64,000 bases of DNA, taken from NCBI GenBank assembly GCA_002633005.1, contig NMRA01000051.1, positions 973,177 through 1,037,176 on the forward strand. Reading direction: 5' to 3'. Position numbers and translations under genes: made by a program. This DNA is from Phoronis australis. Its lineage: Eukaryota; Animalia; Phoronida. Under the pieces are notes generated by a model. It worked only from the letters and a program-made list of their open reading frames with translations, ran no database searches and was not told where the DNA came from. Below, in pieces: positions 48,301 through 59,524 of this stretch; position 1 is the first letter of the stretch, and every line of letters starts with the position of its first letter.

Positions 48301-51300
48301 TCTAGGTGATCAATCATATGCGTGTGAACTCTAATCAGTCCAGTGAGTCAGCATCAATCAATGAGGATGATGACGATGATGAAGAAGATGAAGATGACTT
48401 CGATCTTGCTGATGGTGAGTTGTAAAACAAACAACGCACGGGGCTGTGTAGTGTTTCTTGCAGTTATTGTTTTGTAGGTTTTCTACACTTACTCTTTCTT
48501 AAGTTTGTTTAGTGTCTCATCATAGGTGTTTTAAACTCCACATTATTTGACCTGACCTGATAATTGCATGCATACACTAAATATTGTGCGATATCACGGT
48601 TGCCTATACTACTATTGGTACTACGCTCCAGTGTACTTGATACTGCACTCCATTATCATTGACACTATTCAGAGTGTGTCTGATATTGTACTGCACTAAA
48701 TTTAATTATGCCCTGTGTATGCTTGGCACTATTCTCGGGTATACTTGATACAGTTAGTGTACTTGATACAACACTCCAGTATGTTTGATACAACACTCCA
48801 GTATGCTTGATACAACACTCCAGTATGCTTTATACAACACTCCGGTATGTTTGATACAACACTCAAGTGTACTTGATACAACACTATTGTGCTTGATACA
48901 ACACTCCAGTGTGCTTGATACTACACTCGGGTATGTTTAATACAACACTCCGGTATGCTTATGCAGCATTCTGGTATGCTTTATACTCCAGTATGCTTGA
49001 ATCTACTCTACCTTTAACAATGTGCATTATTTTCAAATAGTGTGCTGTACTAAAAGCCTGAATATTTTATGCGGTCAATAGAAGTAACCCAACTATTACA
49101 CTAGAATTTGGTAACACATTTATGCTTCTAAACAGTGGACTGAGCCATGCTGGGCTGTTATTTGTATCCCTTTACAGAGAAGCAGCTGAAGCACCTGACT
49201 ATTGCTCAAAGGTCACTAGACTCTAGCATGGAGAGTAGTGAGAAACGTCCAGTCCCCAAGCTGGGGCTACATTCCAAGACTAACAGTGACCCTGATTGTC
49301 TGCTGGACTTCACCAGGTAAACACCTGACTGCCAGTTGTGATTCTGTTACCTCTGTAGTTTTGTTCATGTGCTAAATAAAGAGGTTGGGTAATGAAAGAT
49401 TTGTTGTATTGTTTTTATGAGGTTGTTGGCTATAGTGCGATCTTCATATATCATTAAACTTTAATTGGTATTAGACTAAAACATGGCCAAATAAATCCAT
49501 GAAATTGGCATGTCATGGCATGCGATTGGTCAATTTTTATTTTGGCGGGCTTGAGTTTAGTTCCTTGTGTGTATGAGTATTTAGTGGCATGATTGTGCTT
49601 CAGGTCAAAGTCTGAGTTTGCCTTTGGCCGTCACCGGCCTCGCAGCCAGCCTGACCTTGACTGGATCTTCGACGACCAGGAAATGAACTTGCAGAAGGCC
49701 ACACCCAAAACGAAGGAGAAGAAGCGGCGAATCATTGCTCAGGAACTGTCTGACCTCGTTGTCTACACGCAGGCAGTCAAATTTAAAGGTAAGCATTTTA
49801 AGTTTTTGGTTGGCAAAGGCAATGACTAGCACAGCAGTGTGCAAGCAGTCTCAGTGGCATTGTTTAGTTCTGTCAAAAGTTAAGTGAAAATTATGAGAAT
49901 ATGAGATGAAAAAGGTTTGAGAATTCCAGCAAAGTAAAAGGAAACTGAGAATGGAATTGAGGCTGATTCAATATAAAAATTAAGCATTTGCTGTAAAGTT
50001 ATTCAAGCAGAGATATAAAATCTTGTTTCTTTTGGAAATGTTTGCATTTCTCATCATTTGATTTTAAGATGGAGAAAAATTACCATGTTCTAGTTTGCAT
50101 AATTCCTTTTGTCTGATAATTATGAAAAATTTTTGTCTTTTTACATTTCTGATTTAGAAGTGGATTATCAGTGAGTAGATAAACACTTTTAACTTCAAGA
50201 TGACAGAACATTTCACAACTTCCGTCAGTTTAAGTTTCAATTGTATTGAGCTTACATTTATTTTTTAAACACACCTGGGACTAACTTGTTTCAATTCTTG
50301 TCTCAAAACTTGCAAAATACAAAAGTCTGCTTTCCATGTATTTTACTCTTTATATCTTCTTCCTTTTGTGCATTTTTTACCATAAATACAACTTTCTGAC
50401 TTTGTCATGCTTACAAACTAAGACTTGAATGCAGTGGCCCAGCTTGCCCCATGACGCCTCCCGTTAATACATCTTCTCAATGTTTTTGTTCAGGTTTGGC
50501 AGTTAGCCCCAGTACTTCTATGAAAATGAAGAAGGGAACATTACGCAAGAGTATCCTTGGCAACTCGCCCAGTGGCACCACACTTAACAGTACTGGTGAG
50601 TTTTTGTTTAGCTCTGCTGCAGATGCTGTAATTAAAGTGTATTGCCCTCAATAAGTGTCTGTGTCCTTGCACTAAGCGCTATGTGGCATCTCGCCTTTTT
50701 CTCCTCAGTTTTGCAAGATTGTTGTATTTTGCAGAGTTTTCGTCTTGTCACAGTAACAAACAAGTAATGATTTGAATTGATCTTGACTTAGCAACGAGTT
50801 TTATTCGAAATTATTTTTGGGATGCTTTCTTAGTCGTTTCTCCCAATGCATCATCCATGTAATTGATACCAATGGACCAGTAGTCGAAACGCCTGGCATT
50901 ATACAAGATTTCCGACACAGTCTGTTCTATGCTGGTATTGCTATCTTTTTATTATGTGCCCACATGAATGTGGACATATGCCATCATTTCCATCTGGCCA
51001 GCCAGCGTCCACTGCCATATCCAAAACTCTGGGCTGTATGTTTGTGAAATTTTGCAGACATGTTCCTATCATGGACGGGACAGCATGAGCGAATTATCAG
51101 ATGGATCCAGCTATTGCTGTGTACCCTTATAGCAATTGGATTTTTTATGTTACCCTCTATTTTCTGACTTCTTTGACGGATTTTCATTAAGTGGCAAATA
51201 GGTTTTAATAAGGAGACAATTGCACCTTCAAATTTTCGGATGAATTCAACATATTCAGCACCCCCTGGTGGTAATTTTTTGGTAACCTTCAGTGTTTTTT

Positions 51301-53689
51301 TGGAATCTGCCTCCCTATCTGCCAACTGCTGGAATGATCATCATGAAATTTCATAGATGTGTTAACCAATTGAGGTGAACACAGCTGACATTGATTTTCA
51401 GACAGGTTCCACTGTGACTCTGATATGTCCTAGTGGCAAATTCGTTGTAATTGCTCGTACCTCAATATCTTTCAAGTCCTTGATGAATATTCATGGAATT
51501 TGACTTCAATTTTAGTGTCTACCAAAGTGTTTGATTGTTGTTTATGGAATTCAACAAATATGTTTTCATTAATGAGAAAATTTCTCTGACAATTTTGTTA
51601 AACGTTATGCAAAAGCTCCTCCTAGAGGCTATTAATTTACTAACTACAACTATGATTGCTGCCTGTAATGATAATGTTTAAAATAATGATCATACCTTAT
51701 ATCTGTGCTGCATGCGAAGCAGACGGTGTGCGTATATCAATGTTCTGCATTTACCTTCAGTTGTTTTTTTCCAATTCAAATATGATTTTTCTGAGCAGTA
51801 ATAAATGAGCGCTGAACTTCAGCTGACTTTTCTAAGGTCCCTTTTAGTAGGGAGAATACGTTGTTATTTTCTCCAAGATAATGATAAATCAGTAGCTGTT
51901 CATGACAGCACTTTTATCTTAGATTGTTCATTCTTTAGTTAGTGCGTCAGCTCATAATTTCCCTGCGAGTAAAAGGCATTCAGCTTTGTTGTCCCTTTCA
52001 TATGCATAATACATTGCAATTTCATGGCAAATTGGCGTTGGTGGTTAATATTGATATCTTTTGATTAGGCATGCTTCTGAATGCTTTAACTCAAGTTTTG
52101 TTGCAAAATACATTAATAATTATTAATTGTCTTTATAATTATTAATGGCTGTCTTTTCACTTTGATGTCTTCTCTTCTGTATGTTAATAAAAAAATTTAC
52201 CACCTCGTATGTTGCCTGCTATTAGTATTGAATAGCCATTAATTATACTGTGGCTTGCATGCTTGGTAGATTATCACTAATCATTGCAGGAATACTGAGA
52301 CTTTGAAAAGCTACCCAGTGGATGTAGCTGCTCTTGTTTTGAACTCCACACATCTGAACTTTACCCAGTTTTCTGTTGTGAAAATTACAGCATCATGCTG
52401 AGCATGTATGTCCTCTCTGGCTTTCATTGGTTGGCTCATGTTACAAAATCAACATTACCTGGCTTCACTGAAACATTGTTTCTACCTATTTTCATGTTAA
52501 CGTTTGGCGAATTTGTCTTTAGTGTGCACAAATGTTAAGAATTCGTTTTTGAACCATTCAAATTGACCCAGAAATGGTAAACTTTTGCTGGCTTTAAATC
52601 GGAGCCCTCCAGCACACCCTTCAAAAACACATGTTTCACTCACAATAACAAAGTTCTGCTACAGACCTGAGGCAATCATTTGAGGATAACCTTACTAGAA
52701 AGTAACCTGTCTGTTGAGGATTCTTACACTTTTGAGTTTCAACATTTTGCGTAGTGAATAGGGGCTCAGGTGCATAAGACATTCATGACCTGCATGATAA
52801 CTATGGTGTAATTCGGCATCAAATGTTATGCAAGAGTCAAATTTTTCAGAATAATCAAAACACTGATACTTTCATGTTTCACTAGGTGAGGTAATGGACC
52901 TTATAATTCACAGTAATTCATTTCTGCTACCACTAACCCTAAATTATGTGGAACCATGCAGGTGAATAGCACCAATCATGAAATAAAACTGTGGTTCAAT
53001 TTAGGATCCAGGAAACTGAAAGGACTGTTTGTGATGCCTTCACTCTATACGGTAAAATCGCAGCAGTTTTGGACACGATATAGCGAACCAGTGAAATTTC
53101 ATTCGATAAGTTTTCCATGAAAGACATGTTGCCCCAAGTTTATGTTTTTCTGTGAAAACGTTCTATACTATAGCTACCAATAGACAAAGTTTCAAAAAAA
53201 TGTGACCATTCACAACAATGGTATAAACATGATAAAAATGAAAACGATGCAATTTTCATAATTATTTTTGTCAGAAATCGGTGAGATTTTACCCCCTGAA
53301 TGTTTAGCCACACAGCAACTTGACTTGGCTTGACCTGTGCATGTAATATCCCAACAAGAGCTCTAGCGTTGATCATCTGAATACCCACAATGCATGCAGG
53401 GATATGCCACCAGGGTGCGCTGCATGATCTAAAGATTTATGCATACAGTTGTTACTTTAACGTTATAGTGCATGCTTGCATGTTTTACAGCCACGTTCTT
53501 GTCACGGCTCTCCCCAACTGAGCGTGTCTGTTCTTCTCCTCCAGACAAGGGGGAGATCATTTCCTTCTCTAGTGCACCCCGGCTCCAGGGGTCGCCAGTG
53601 GTTCATGCTCCGGTAGCCCACCAGATGTCCTCGGTGAATGAGAACAAGGCAAAGCAACTTTGTCGCCGTAATCCAACTGGGGTGATACA
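281..53689 (+). CDS. PLCE1: Phospholipase C epsilon with N-terminal FERM F2-F3 (partial, 20 exons: 281-349, 25082-25561, 27057-27206, 31555-31840, 32191-32441, 32875-33020, 33563-33812, 36955-37851, 41879-42022, 43047-43464, 43950-44173, 45155-45376, 45801-45908, 46873-46989, 47751-47909, 48306-48414, 49178-49316, 49604-49788, 50494-50595, 53545-53689)
   Basis: All internal junctions are GT-AG with compatible phases (4601 nt open). Motifs: RasGEF ([24 protein letters not shown]), PTPAEAI|IFGGRKW, X box ([45 protein letters not shown]), Y box start ([25 protein letters not shown]). Confidence 0.93.
1063..1524 (+). mobile_element. TTAA-flanked ~460-bp dispersed repeat; related copies about 2440-2930 (+), 53800-53990 (+), 58700-59200 (-), 62670-62950 (-)
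   Basis: TTAA|GG ... CC|TTAA ends; shared cores aaaatgtccaa, atttggtcatgtt, catgtgac, ccgagttaaa. Confidence 0.6.
4270..4470 (+). repeat. TA|CCGTA-terminus MITE fragment, second copy at about 8908-9105
   Basis: Shared taataagcgc..ttttcagactt..ctaaaataa..aaaaatgcctt..cagtcctgaaaaat..ggaattt. Confidence 0.65.
6574..6873 (+). CDS. Candidate alternative first coding exon of PLC-epsilon
   Basis: ATG-initiated 100-codon open frame ending at a perfect donor GGG|gtaagt in phase 0, compatible with the 25082 acceptor. No homology recognised. Confidence 0.45.
9786..10095 (+). pseudogene. THAP zinc-finger remnant (transposase N-terminus), two frameshifts
   Basis: [16 protein letters not shown] / RF..LRKW..VCGRHF..DF / [12 protein letters not shown] gives the C2CH ligands plus an AVPTIF-like box. 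First frameshift is in an 11-T run (9849-9859). Confidence 0.85.
10240..10657 (-). pseudogene. P2X7 intracellular ballast-like / KolX-like Cys-rich protein remnant
   Basis: SYQFEPE ... [22 protein letters not shown] ... then a stop and MCLTDHPDF; truncated at a possible donor (gtaagt) near 10240. Confidence 0.75.
13519..13995. repeat. Minisatellite, 41/46-bp units (ttcagatgggtatttatttggctttgccttagcattgtggc[attgt]), about 11 copies
   Basis: Unit starts at 13519, 13560, 13601, 13647, 13693, 13734, 13775, 13821, 13867, 13908, 13954. Confidence 0.95.
19217..19726. mobile_element. 510-bp MITE, 13-bp perfect TIR, 6-bp TSD
   Basis: GGTTAC|CAGGGCTTGGAAT ... ATTCCAAGCCCTG|GGTTAC; CpG-rich interior. 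Confidence 0.88.
21534..21680. repeat. 41-bp tandem repeat, about 3.5 copies
   Basis: t(a/g)c(t/c)ttctgaccatt recurs at 21541, 21582, 21623, 21664. Confidence 0.9.
24710..24808. repeat. ~50-bp direct duplication
   Basis: tggggaagggaatgaatatatagttgcacagcattttac occurs twice. Confidence 0.85.
25082..25561 (+). CDS. PLCE1: PLC-epsilon exon, FERM F2 with low-complexity insert
   Basis: Acceptor ctccgcag, donor AAG|gtttgt; [24 protein letters not shown] ... YLPPGY. Confidence 0.85.
27057..27206 (+). CDS. PLCE1: PLC-epsilon exon, FERM F2/F3 junction
   Basis: ttccag|GAA ... AAG|gtgaga; [20 protein letters not shown]. Confidence 0.87.
27713..27785. repeat. 14-bp tandem repeat (gtgtgatgtcatca); similar tgatgtcat repeats at about 75-165
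   Basis: Directly visible. Confidence 0.8.
28173..28344. mobile_element. Tc1/mariner (pogo-like) MITE
   Basis: CAGTGAAACCTC ... GAGGTTTGACTG|TA inverted termini; left flank is CA rather than TA. Confidence 0.6.
31555..31840 (+). CDS. PLCE1: PLC-epsilon exon, FERM F3 (PTB-like)
   Basis: cttgtag|GTG ... TAG|gttaga (phase 1); [16 protein letters not shown] ... LRLDF. Confidence 0.87.
32191..32441 (+). CDS. PLCE1: PLC-epsilon exon, RasGEF (CDC25) start
   Basis: ttttcag|AT ... GAG|gttagt; [19 protein letters not shown]. Confidence 0.92.
32765..32835. mobile_element. 71-bp mariner-type mini-MITE
   Basis: TA|CAGGGTGTTT ... AAATACCCTG|TA. Confidence 0.6.
32875..33020 (+). CDS. PLCE1: PLC-epsilon exon, RasGEF
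   Basis: VSSWVTHII ... [18 protein letters not shown]; donor CAG|gtatgt, phase 2. Confidence 0.93.
33563..33812 (+). CDS. PLCE1: PLC-epsilon exon, RasGEF
   Basis: ctgtag|G TCC; RSEKLKPFW ... [12 protein letters not shown]; donor GAG|gtaaat. Confidence 0.92.
36140..36715 (-). repeat. Partial second copy of the host repeat, lacking the Kolobok insertion
   Basis: Reverse complement reads ggaaaacTTAAggaggatt, joining the two flanks seen at 9603-9613 and 12797-12805. Confidence 0.8.
36955..37851 (+). CDS. PLCE1: PLC-epsilon exon, RasGEF end plus PH domain
   Basis: Most of the 327-aa ORF; [40 protein letters not shown]; donor CGG|gtaagg. Confidence 0.94.
37965..38098 (-). mobile_element. tRNA-derived SINE fragment
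   Basis: Minus strand ggcagtgTGGCCTAGTGag (A box) ... GGATTTGAGTCCC (degenerate B box); no complete cloverleaf. Confidence 0.55.
38116..38393. mobile_element. 278-bp MITE with G/C-run subterminal repeats, 5-bp TSD
   Basis: CTGTT|CATG ... ggggggctcg ... cgagcccccc ... CATG|CTGTT. Confidence 0.65.
38892..41075 (+). mobile_element. Helentron/HINE-like non-autonomous element with internal 451-bp tandem array
   Basis: 5' ttttatgcgccca, 3' subterminal inverted tgggcgcat followed by hairpin cagcgctttgcgttg and cttgtt. gatccgactacc recurs at 39270, 39721, 40172. Confidence 0.75.
41879..42022 (+). CDS. PLCE1: PLC-epsilon exon (IFGGRKW...)
   Basis: ttcaag|ATT ... AAG|gtaacc; continues the conserved AI-x-FGGR-x-W motif. 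Confidence 0.88.
43047..43464 (+). CDS. PLCE1: PLC-epsilon exon, EF-hand region
   Basis: tttag|GAA ... ATG G|gtaagt; [25 protein letters not shown]. Confidence 0.9.
43640..43872. repeat. 30-bp minisatellite (cacactaacaccaccaactttaccacctcc), about 7.5 copies, intronic
   Basis: Directly visible; produces spurious ORFs in four frames. Confidence 0.95.
43950..44173 (+). CDS. PLCE1: PLC-epsilon exon, EF-hand region
   Basis: ccccag|GC; [16 protein letters not shown] ... FLLENQEE; donor CAG|gttggt. Confidence 0.9.
45155..45376 (+). CDS. PLCE1: PLC-epsilon exon, start of catalytic X box
   Basis: [15 protein letters not shown] ... [15 protein letters not shown]. Confidence 0.95.
45801..45908 (+). 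CDS. PLCE1: PLC-epsilon exon, X box
   Basis: [36 protein letters not shown]. Confidence 0.95.
46873..46989 (+). CDS. PLCE1: PLC-epsilon exon, X box
   Basis: [39 protein letters not shown]. Confidence 0.95.
47751..47909 (+). CDS. PLCE1: PLC-epsilon exon, end of X box
   Basis: SVLGDKLV ... [18 protein letters not shown]; donor AGG|gtgagt. Confidence 0.94.
48306..48414 (+). CDS. PLCE1: PLC-epsilon exon, acidic X-Y linker
   Basis: tctag|GTG ... [17 protein letters not shown], donor G|gtgagt. Confidence 0.87.
48735..49000. repeat. ~22-bp minisatellite (tgatacaacactccagtatgct)
   Basis: Directly visible, about 10 degenerate copies. Confidence 0.9.
49178..49316 (+). CDS. PLCE1: PLC-epsilon exon, X-Y linker
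   Basis: tttacag|AG ... AG|gtaaac; open frame with the phases (1/2) required by its neighbours. Confidence 0.83.
49604..49788 (+). CDS. PLCE1: PLC-epsilon exon, start of Y box
   Basis: [19 protein letters not shown], donor G|gtaagc. Confidence 0.93.
50494..50595 (+). CDS. PLCE1: PLC-epsilon exon, epsilon-type Y-box insert
   Basis: ttcag|GT ... G|gtgagt; RKSILGNSP. Confidence 0.85.
50946..51765 (+). mobile_element. Older diverged copy of the same HINE-like family
   Basis: ttatgtgcccacat..tgtggac start, gcatgagcgaa..cagatggatc, caccccctggtgg, cctagtggcaa; degenerate 3' end. Confidence 0.65.
53545..53689 (+). CDS. PLCE1: PLC-epsilon exon, Y box; ends at U12 donor
   Basis: ctccag|AC; [23 protein letters not shown], then CA|atatccttt. 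Confidence 0.9.
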
Positions 53690-53698
53690 ATATCCTTT
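53690..53698 (+). other. U12-type (minor spliceosome, AT-AC) 5' splice site
   Basis: ATATCCTTT, the exact minor donor consensus, at the point where Y-box similarity stops (phase 2 within the Gln codon). No continuing Y-box exon was found before 64000. Confidence 0.88.
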
Positions 53699-54116
53699 TT
53701 GTCGTTTTAAAGATAATGTTTTTGTTTGTTTTACATTTTATGTTGAACGAATTATAATGTCATGTTAATACTATTGTTTTGCAATGAATGCTATTTTTCT
53801 TTATTGTCAAATTTTATGAATTATAGACATAGTCATGTGACACAATTAATGGCAGACTGTTATATAAAATCAACAATTAAACTTTGAAATTTTCTACATC
53901 CAGAAAAAAATCACTTAACACCGAGTTAAACTCTATAATTTGTACATACTTGGCTCAGTGCATAAGCTGTCCCACATAGCATTAAGATTCTGGTAGTCTA
54001 CTGAATTCTTTGCGAAAGGAATGAAGGTGTATTCGATAGCATTTATCTCTAGTAATTATTTCCTCATTTTTATTGAACCTACTGCTCCATATACCATAAT
54101 TGTCTGTGTCATTGAG

Positions 54117-56428
54117 CTACGTAAAGTCCAGTATTGTTGATGTGGGTGCCCTCAGTTCTGTCTGATGGTCCGGTCCGTTGCCCGTCTTCCTCATGTGGTG
54201 GTATACCAGCACTGCCAGTAGAATACCCAGTATAGCCAGTCCACAGCCCAGACACAGACCGATAACTAACCTTTGAAGTTTTATCTCATCTCTTGGGCCA
54301 TCGCCCAAATCCGAAGTCTCCCGGCTCTTTGTTGTTGTTGACTTCATTGGTACGTTCTTCCAAGTTACCGTCGCCTCACCTGGGATAAAATTGAGGGGGG
54401 GTGACATCAACGTCGATGCTGTCATTTAATGCATTGTGTAACAGTTATTGGCTTGTGACGTGTGTCGAATGACAACATTTGTCACTTTTAAGGTAAGAAT
54501 TGAAAGTCTATGTCCATTACACCATACTTTTGGTGCGGGTATGATTAAGCAACCATATACAAAAATAAATGATTTAAAGTGAGCCTCAAAATAGATTGAA
54601 TTTCGGAAATCCTTTGCTCAGTGCATTCTCATGATGCGTGCCCTCTGATCAATCTGAAATTAAATCTCCCCATCTAAAATGCATAGGTTACACGTCCAAA
54701 AACATCTGTGGTGTCACTGGATGACAATTTGAAAGACAAGAGTGCCACTGTAGATGAAGTTCCCCAAATTTAGTTTCGTCTTGAGTTAAATTTGAATGAA
54801 CAACCACCAAACTGTAAAACCTCAACATCATCTCATTTTCTATAGTAACACATTTACTGCACACACCTTAATGGTGACATAGAGGTATTCTTATTTTATT
54901 TTTGTTCGAAAATTGGTGTCGATAAAATTCCACTTTTATGCCATATTCTATTTTAAATTGAAGATACTTTACTCTTCACGGTATATTACTGATTTTAATC
55001 AGTAAAAAATATTATTGCTTGACATGTTATGGAAGATTTAATTTGGAAGTGCAGCATTTTGGAAGAACCATCAAGTTTCATAGGTCATGCTATGAACATT
55101 CCCACTAAATAAAATTGGTTCTAACCCCGGTGTTTAAGGTAAACGGCGGGGTATGGAAAATTGAAGTAGACCGTATTTATCCACCTTGGCTGAGACGCGC
55201 TCGGCTCATGGTCAAAGGGATACCGCCAAGCTGCTCTATTCATCGAGTCACGAGCGAGGATAATTGACTTCGCTCATGCGGATATGATCAGCTGATTACA
55301 GTCTAGCCTAACAACTGTACTTTTTATGGAGAGAATTTTACGTAGTTTTNCTGCAAACTATTTCAAACAGTGAAATCTTTTTTCCTTTGCAACCCAATAG
55401 TGTCTAAAACACAAATTCTGGATCACTGAATTTAATAAGAATTACATTAAATGTTTAATTTTCTCAAGTACTTATGACTATGTATCTGTTGTTAGTTGGC
55501 AGTCCTGTAGCAAGTGCTGTGCAGGCTATAATTCAGCTGAATGTTTCTCATTCTTGTGTGGTTATGTCACTGACCTACCTGATAGTTTGACTTCAACCGA
55601 TTTCTCAATAAAACCACGGTCCATATCATAGACACGGCATTTGTACACCCCTATGTCAGCATCAATTGTTCTGTAGACATTCAATACTGCTGTGTTTTCC
55701 AACTCCAACAGGTCTTTGGTCGGGGGAAAATTTTCTTCTCTCAAGTCTGGCTTTATCCATGTTATATAGGGGTTTGGATCTCCCTTGGCTGTGCAGGATA
55801 TTGTGAATGGTTCTCCATCAGAGACATGTGTTGTTGGAGATATTTTTGTTATATACGGCGCAATACACCTGAACTCTGCCTCCAGTGAGGACTGTCTTGC
55901 TGGAGTGATACACGTGAATGGCCGTCGTCCGTGATGTGTCAGCCATTTTAACATGCAGTTGCAGTGCCAGGGATTGCCATCCAATGAAATGCTAACATTT
56001 CTCATGATTCTATTCAAATGCCGTGGCAACGTTTGAAAGGCATTATAACTAATATCCAGTGTTTGTAAATTTTGTAGATTGGTGAAGAGTCTCATATGTA
56101 GTTCTGATAGATGATTGTTTTGTAGATCCAAGCTCTCCAGTTGTGGAAAGTCCTGGAAGGTGTTACTCATAATCTGTTTTAACGAACTGTTGACGATGCG
56201 CAAGCTCACCATTGGAGGAAGTCCTCTGAGGTCTTGCCACCCCAATCTCGTCTGATTGGTCAGGACAACTTCCAGTTCTTTGGTGTTCCTAGGGAACTTG
56301 GGAAGGTCCTTCATGTATCTGACTCTGCAGGAGAAGGTCTGGCCATCACAGCTGCACTGAGGCCAGCATTGCATAACAGCTCCAGGGAGATAACTCCACA
56401 TTACCAGTAGTCCAACAAGTCTGAACAT
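54117..56428 (-). CDS. LRR-Ig single-pass membrane protein A (exons 56428-55579 and 54379-54117; about 370 aa), nested antisense in PLC-epsilon intron
   Basis: Signal peptide, LRRNT (CWPQCSC), LRRs (LESLDLQNNHL, LQTLDISYNAF), LRRCT (GNPWHCNC), Ig domain (FTISCTAKGDP, DIGVYKC). Phase-1 intron G|gtaggt ... tatcccag|GT. TM LVIGLCLGCGLAILGILLAVLVY, short tail. Confidence 0.9.
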
Positions 56429-59400
56429 GTTTCATCCCTCTGCCACAGACACGATGCGAGAAGGATTAATAAAAAATCCACGTAGTCGCTTTCTTTGGAC
56501 TTCCAATGTCAGGTCAGTTAGCCATCCCCCTGGTATTCATCTCTTACTCTCGTTTCACAGACTGATTCTAATTACCAAGTCACTCACTATTTTCAAACCC
56601 AGATCTAATGATCCGACTCGATCATTATGCCGTCTAATTAAGGGTACACCATTTCCAATGATTTTCAAATCACTGTGACGTAGTTTTTTTAATTTTCTTT
56701 ACGTTGTCCTAGGCATGCGATTGGAGAGTTTAGCAATGAATTAATACTCAACGTGTGTTCTACAGTTGTCTCTGTCGGTGTGTTTCGTTATTTACTGCCC
56801 GTTTGTCAGTGATTAGCCAATAAAATGTGGTGTAAATGAGTTTCAGTTCTGTTCTTTGTTGGTTCTCTGTGTAATTTTGCCTTTCATTGCATTCTTTTGA
56901 TATAGTAACAGTACCAAGATACAGCACTGTATCAGCTGTTGGGTGTTGCTAGGGACAACAAGAAGCCACTGGGTTCTCTTAGGTTGTCTTTGGGGCTGTG
57001 GGTTTGTAATTAGGTACATTATCTTATAAAATTCTGTTTTTTGTGCGCCAGGCTGAAATTCAATGTCAAGAACTGTCTAAAGATTACTTTCAAATTATGC
57101 ATTCCATTTATCAAGTAGATACAGAACTAGAACAGAAGTGTGACTTATCTTATAAATTTTCTTATTTTGCACAAAAATAATTGTCAAAATAGTCATTTTT
57201 AGAAGGCTGACTACCTTGGAGCAATTATGGAAACTTTATCATATGTTGTTTTATGACATCAGCTCGCTGCAGACCATGCTAGTTAATATATACTATACAA
57301 AAAATTCTTTATCTTTATTGTCGAGATATTTGATAAAATAGAATTTCACTTGTCCGACATAGAGCATGCTAAATTATTGAAGACTTGCCCTTAATGTTTT
57401 ATAACTCCTATTGTATTTTAGTCTAGATTCTTGTTAATTGTCTTTCTGCGATAAACTATTTCATGTTATGCAAAATTCTCAGACTACTGTTCTTTGACAT
57501 TCAACAGTTTCATTTAAGCTCTGTGTTTGCTGGAGTTTTTAACGTCTGTTCAACACATTGTAAGACTTAAGTCAATAGAAAATTGTAGCCTTGGCTGTTG
57601 CCAGACTGAAAGATAACATTTCTTCAAAAATTGATTGGATTACTTCGTGATCAAATTGCTTGCAGCTTACCAATCAATTGTGGGTGTAGTGAGAAGTCAT
57701 TGAGCAATCGTTTACATGATTTAAGACACTTGTCTTTGATGCTACATTGGTAACCTAGTAGTTTGTTGTCTGCAATGCATTTGTAGTGCAAATATAGTGG
57801 AGATTGATTAATTTAGGACGTAGGATTTTTTGTTTTTTATTATCGGAGTGTCTACAGGTTTGGAGCAAATCCTATTATCTTTGTTGTTTTAAAAATGTCA
57901 TGTTTGAAATGTAGAAAATTATGAAAACGACGTTTCATTGAAGTAAATTTTTAAGATAATTTAGTACTTAATTGATACTATACTTGGAGGATATTTTATG
58001 TGATTAAGTTTAGTAATTAAATATGATACATGCGTGTGATATTCAAATGAGTTCATCATATGTACCAAGTCTAGTGGACAAAAACTGACGCACGCACATC
58101 TTTTTACAAAGAGAAATGCCAAGATTAAAATGGCTTAAAATCACCAGTTTCATCTCAAAAACACCAAAACCAACCCCACCAGTTGATCATCTGTCAAATT
58201 AGATCGCTGGCAAACACTGTGGGAGGATATGTTAATTAGCTGATCTTGTGTTTTGAGCATTCATTGGTCGATACATACTATGCAAAATTGGGACAACCAA
58301 GGACAGCAGTGTGAAAAAGTCAGATAAAGCTTCTTGTTTTTGCATAGTTTGTGGAATAATAAAGAATTTCGTGGTGGCGTCGTTTGTGGCGGTCGTTATT
58401 CAACCATTCTGTGACATTAGATAACCACGGATATGGCACTAATTTGCACAAGAAACTCGTGTGTTGGTGAACATGACACACTGGCCCAGGGTACGTTCAT
58501 ACGTCACACTCATGTCCGTGGAGCTAAGAAACTTTCAATTAAAGTTGCTTTTCTTCTATTTTCTCGTTTTTTGAGATTTTAAATTCGCATTTACAATAGG
58601 CAGTGCTAAAGAGGATGGTTTAATGCCGTCGACATTGTGTTAAAGGTTAATGGTGGTTTTAAGCACTTTAGAGTCAGTTATTTACTTTAAATTACCCCGT
58701 ATAGCACCTTATCGATTAATCTCGGTGCATATTTATCTAAGTACCTACAAAAAGAACAAATTTTAGCTAGTAAAAGTATATAGTTTCTGAAAGCGGAAGG
58801 CATGCAGAATTTGATTTTTGACTTTTTACCTATATGTCATTGATTGGGTCATGTGACTACATCTTTAAGCAAAATCTAGCATAAAAGACAGGAAAATTTA
58901 TAGCAAAACAAAGGTAATCAGTTTTACCACCTTTCATTTGGTATGAATGTTCAAGACGAGATCTCAAAAATAATGTTACTGTTTGCGAAATTTTGGTCAT
59001 TTTGCTTTGAATTGGTTTTATGCAAAAATGATAAAAGTTGTTATTTGATAGCTCCTCGTGCAAAGTAAAACATTTACCTATTGTAATCACTTTTTGGAAA
59101 GTAGTGTATAAAGCATAGTATCTGAATGATTCGTATCAGTCCGATCAGTCATTACTGAGAAGTTAGCCAAATTTGTAATTTTTGTAGTCATACATTACTT
59201 TACCTTATGTGCTATAATTGAGTTTGTGTATTCTGATGATTGGCCTTTCATGAATTAACTGAAAATAGTATTCTTTTCCAAAGAAAACTGTCCAGCTAAG
59301 CTTTACACAGTTTCTGCAATGATTTCTGGCATTCTAATATTCTGTGTGCAATGAACCATGCTAGATAATAAGGTGCACCAATCTTGTCTGAAATTTACCA

Positions 59401-59524
59401 ATGTTGCATGCAGAATGTTTTTCCTGCTGTTGAATGACCTTTTTCAGTTTTGTAGTGACTATCGATTGAGTGTGAATGTTATTACATCAGTCAGGTGATA
59501 GTTTACTTAATTTCTGTTTCATCA

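Noticed and set aside
53690-53768. PLC frame reading through …QYPFCRF…MSC* as a true C-terminus
   Set aside because: Better explained as read-through into the U12 intron.
54380-54425. ATG at 54425 as the start of a separate 102-aa gene (likewise 60166 for a 213-aa gene)
   Set aside because: Strong phase-1 acceptors at 54380 and 60184 make these the second exons of the LRR-Ig genes.
55350-55350. Single ambiguous base n
   Set aside because: Assembly ambiguity in the intron of LRR-Ig gene A; a hidden gap cannot be excluded, but the exon phases still match.
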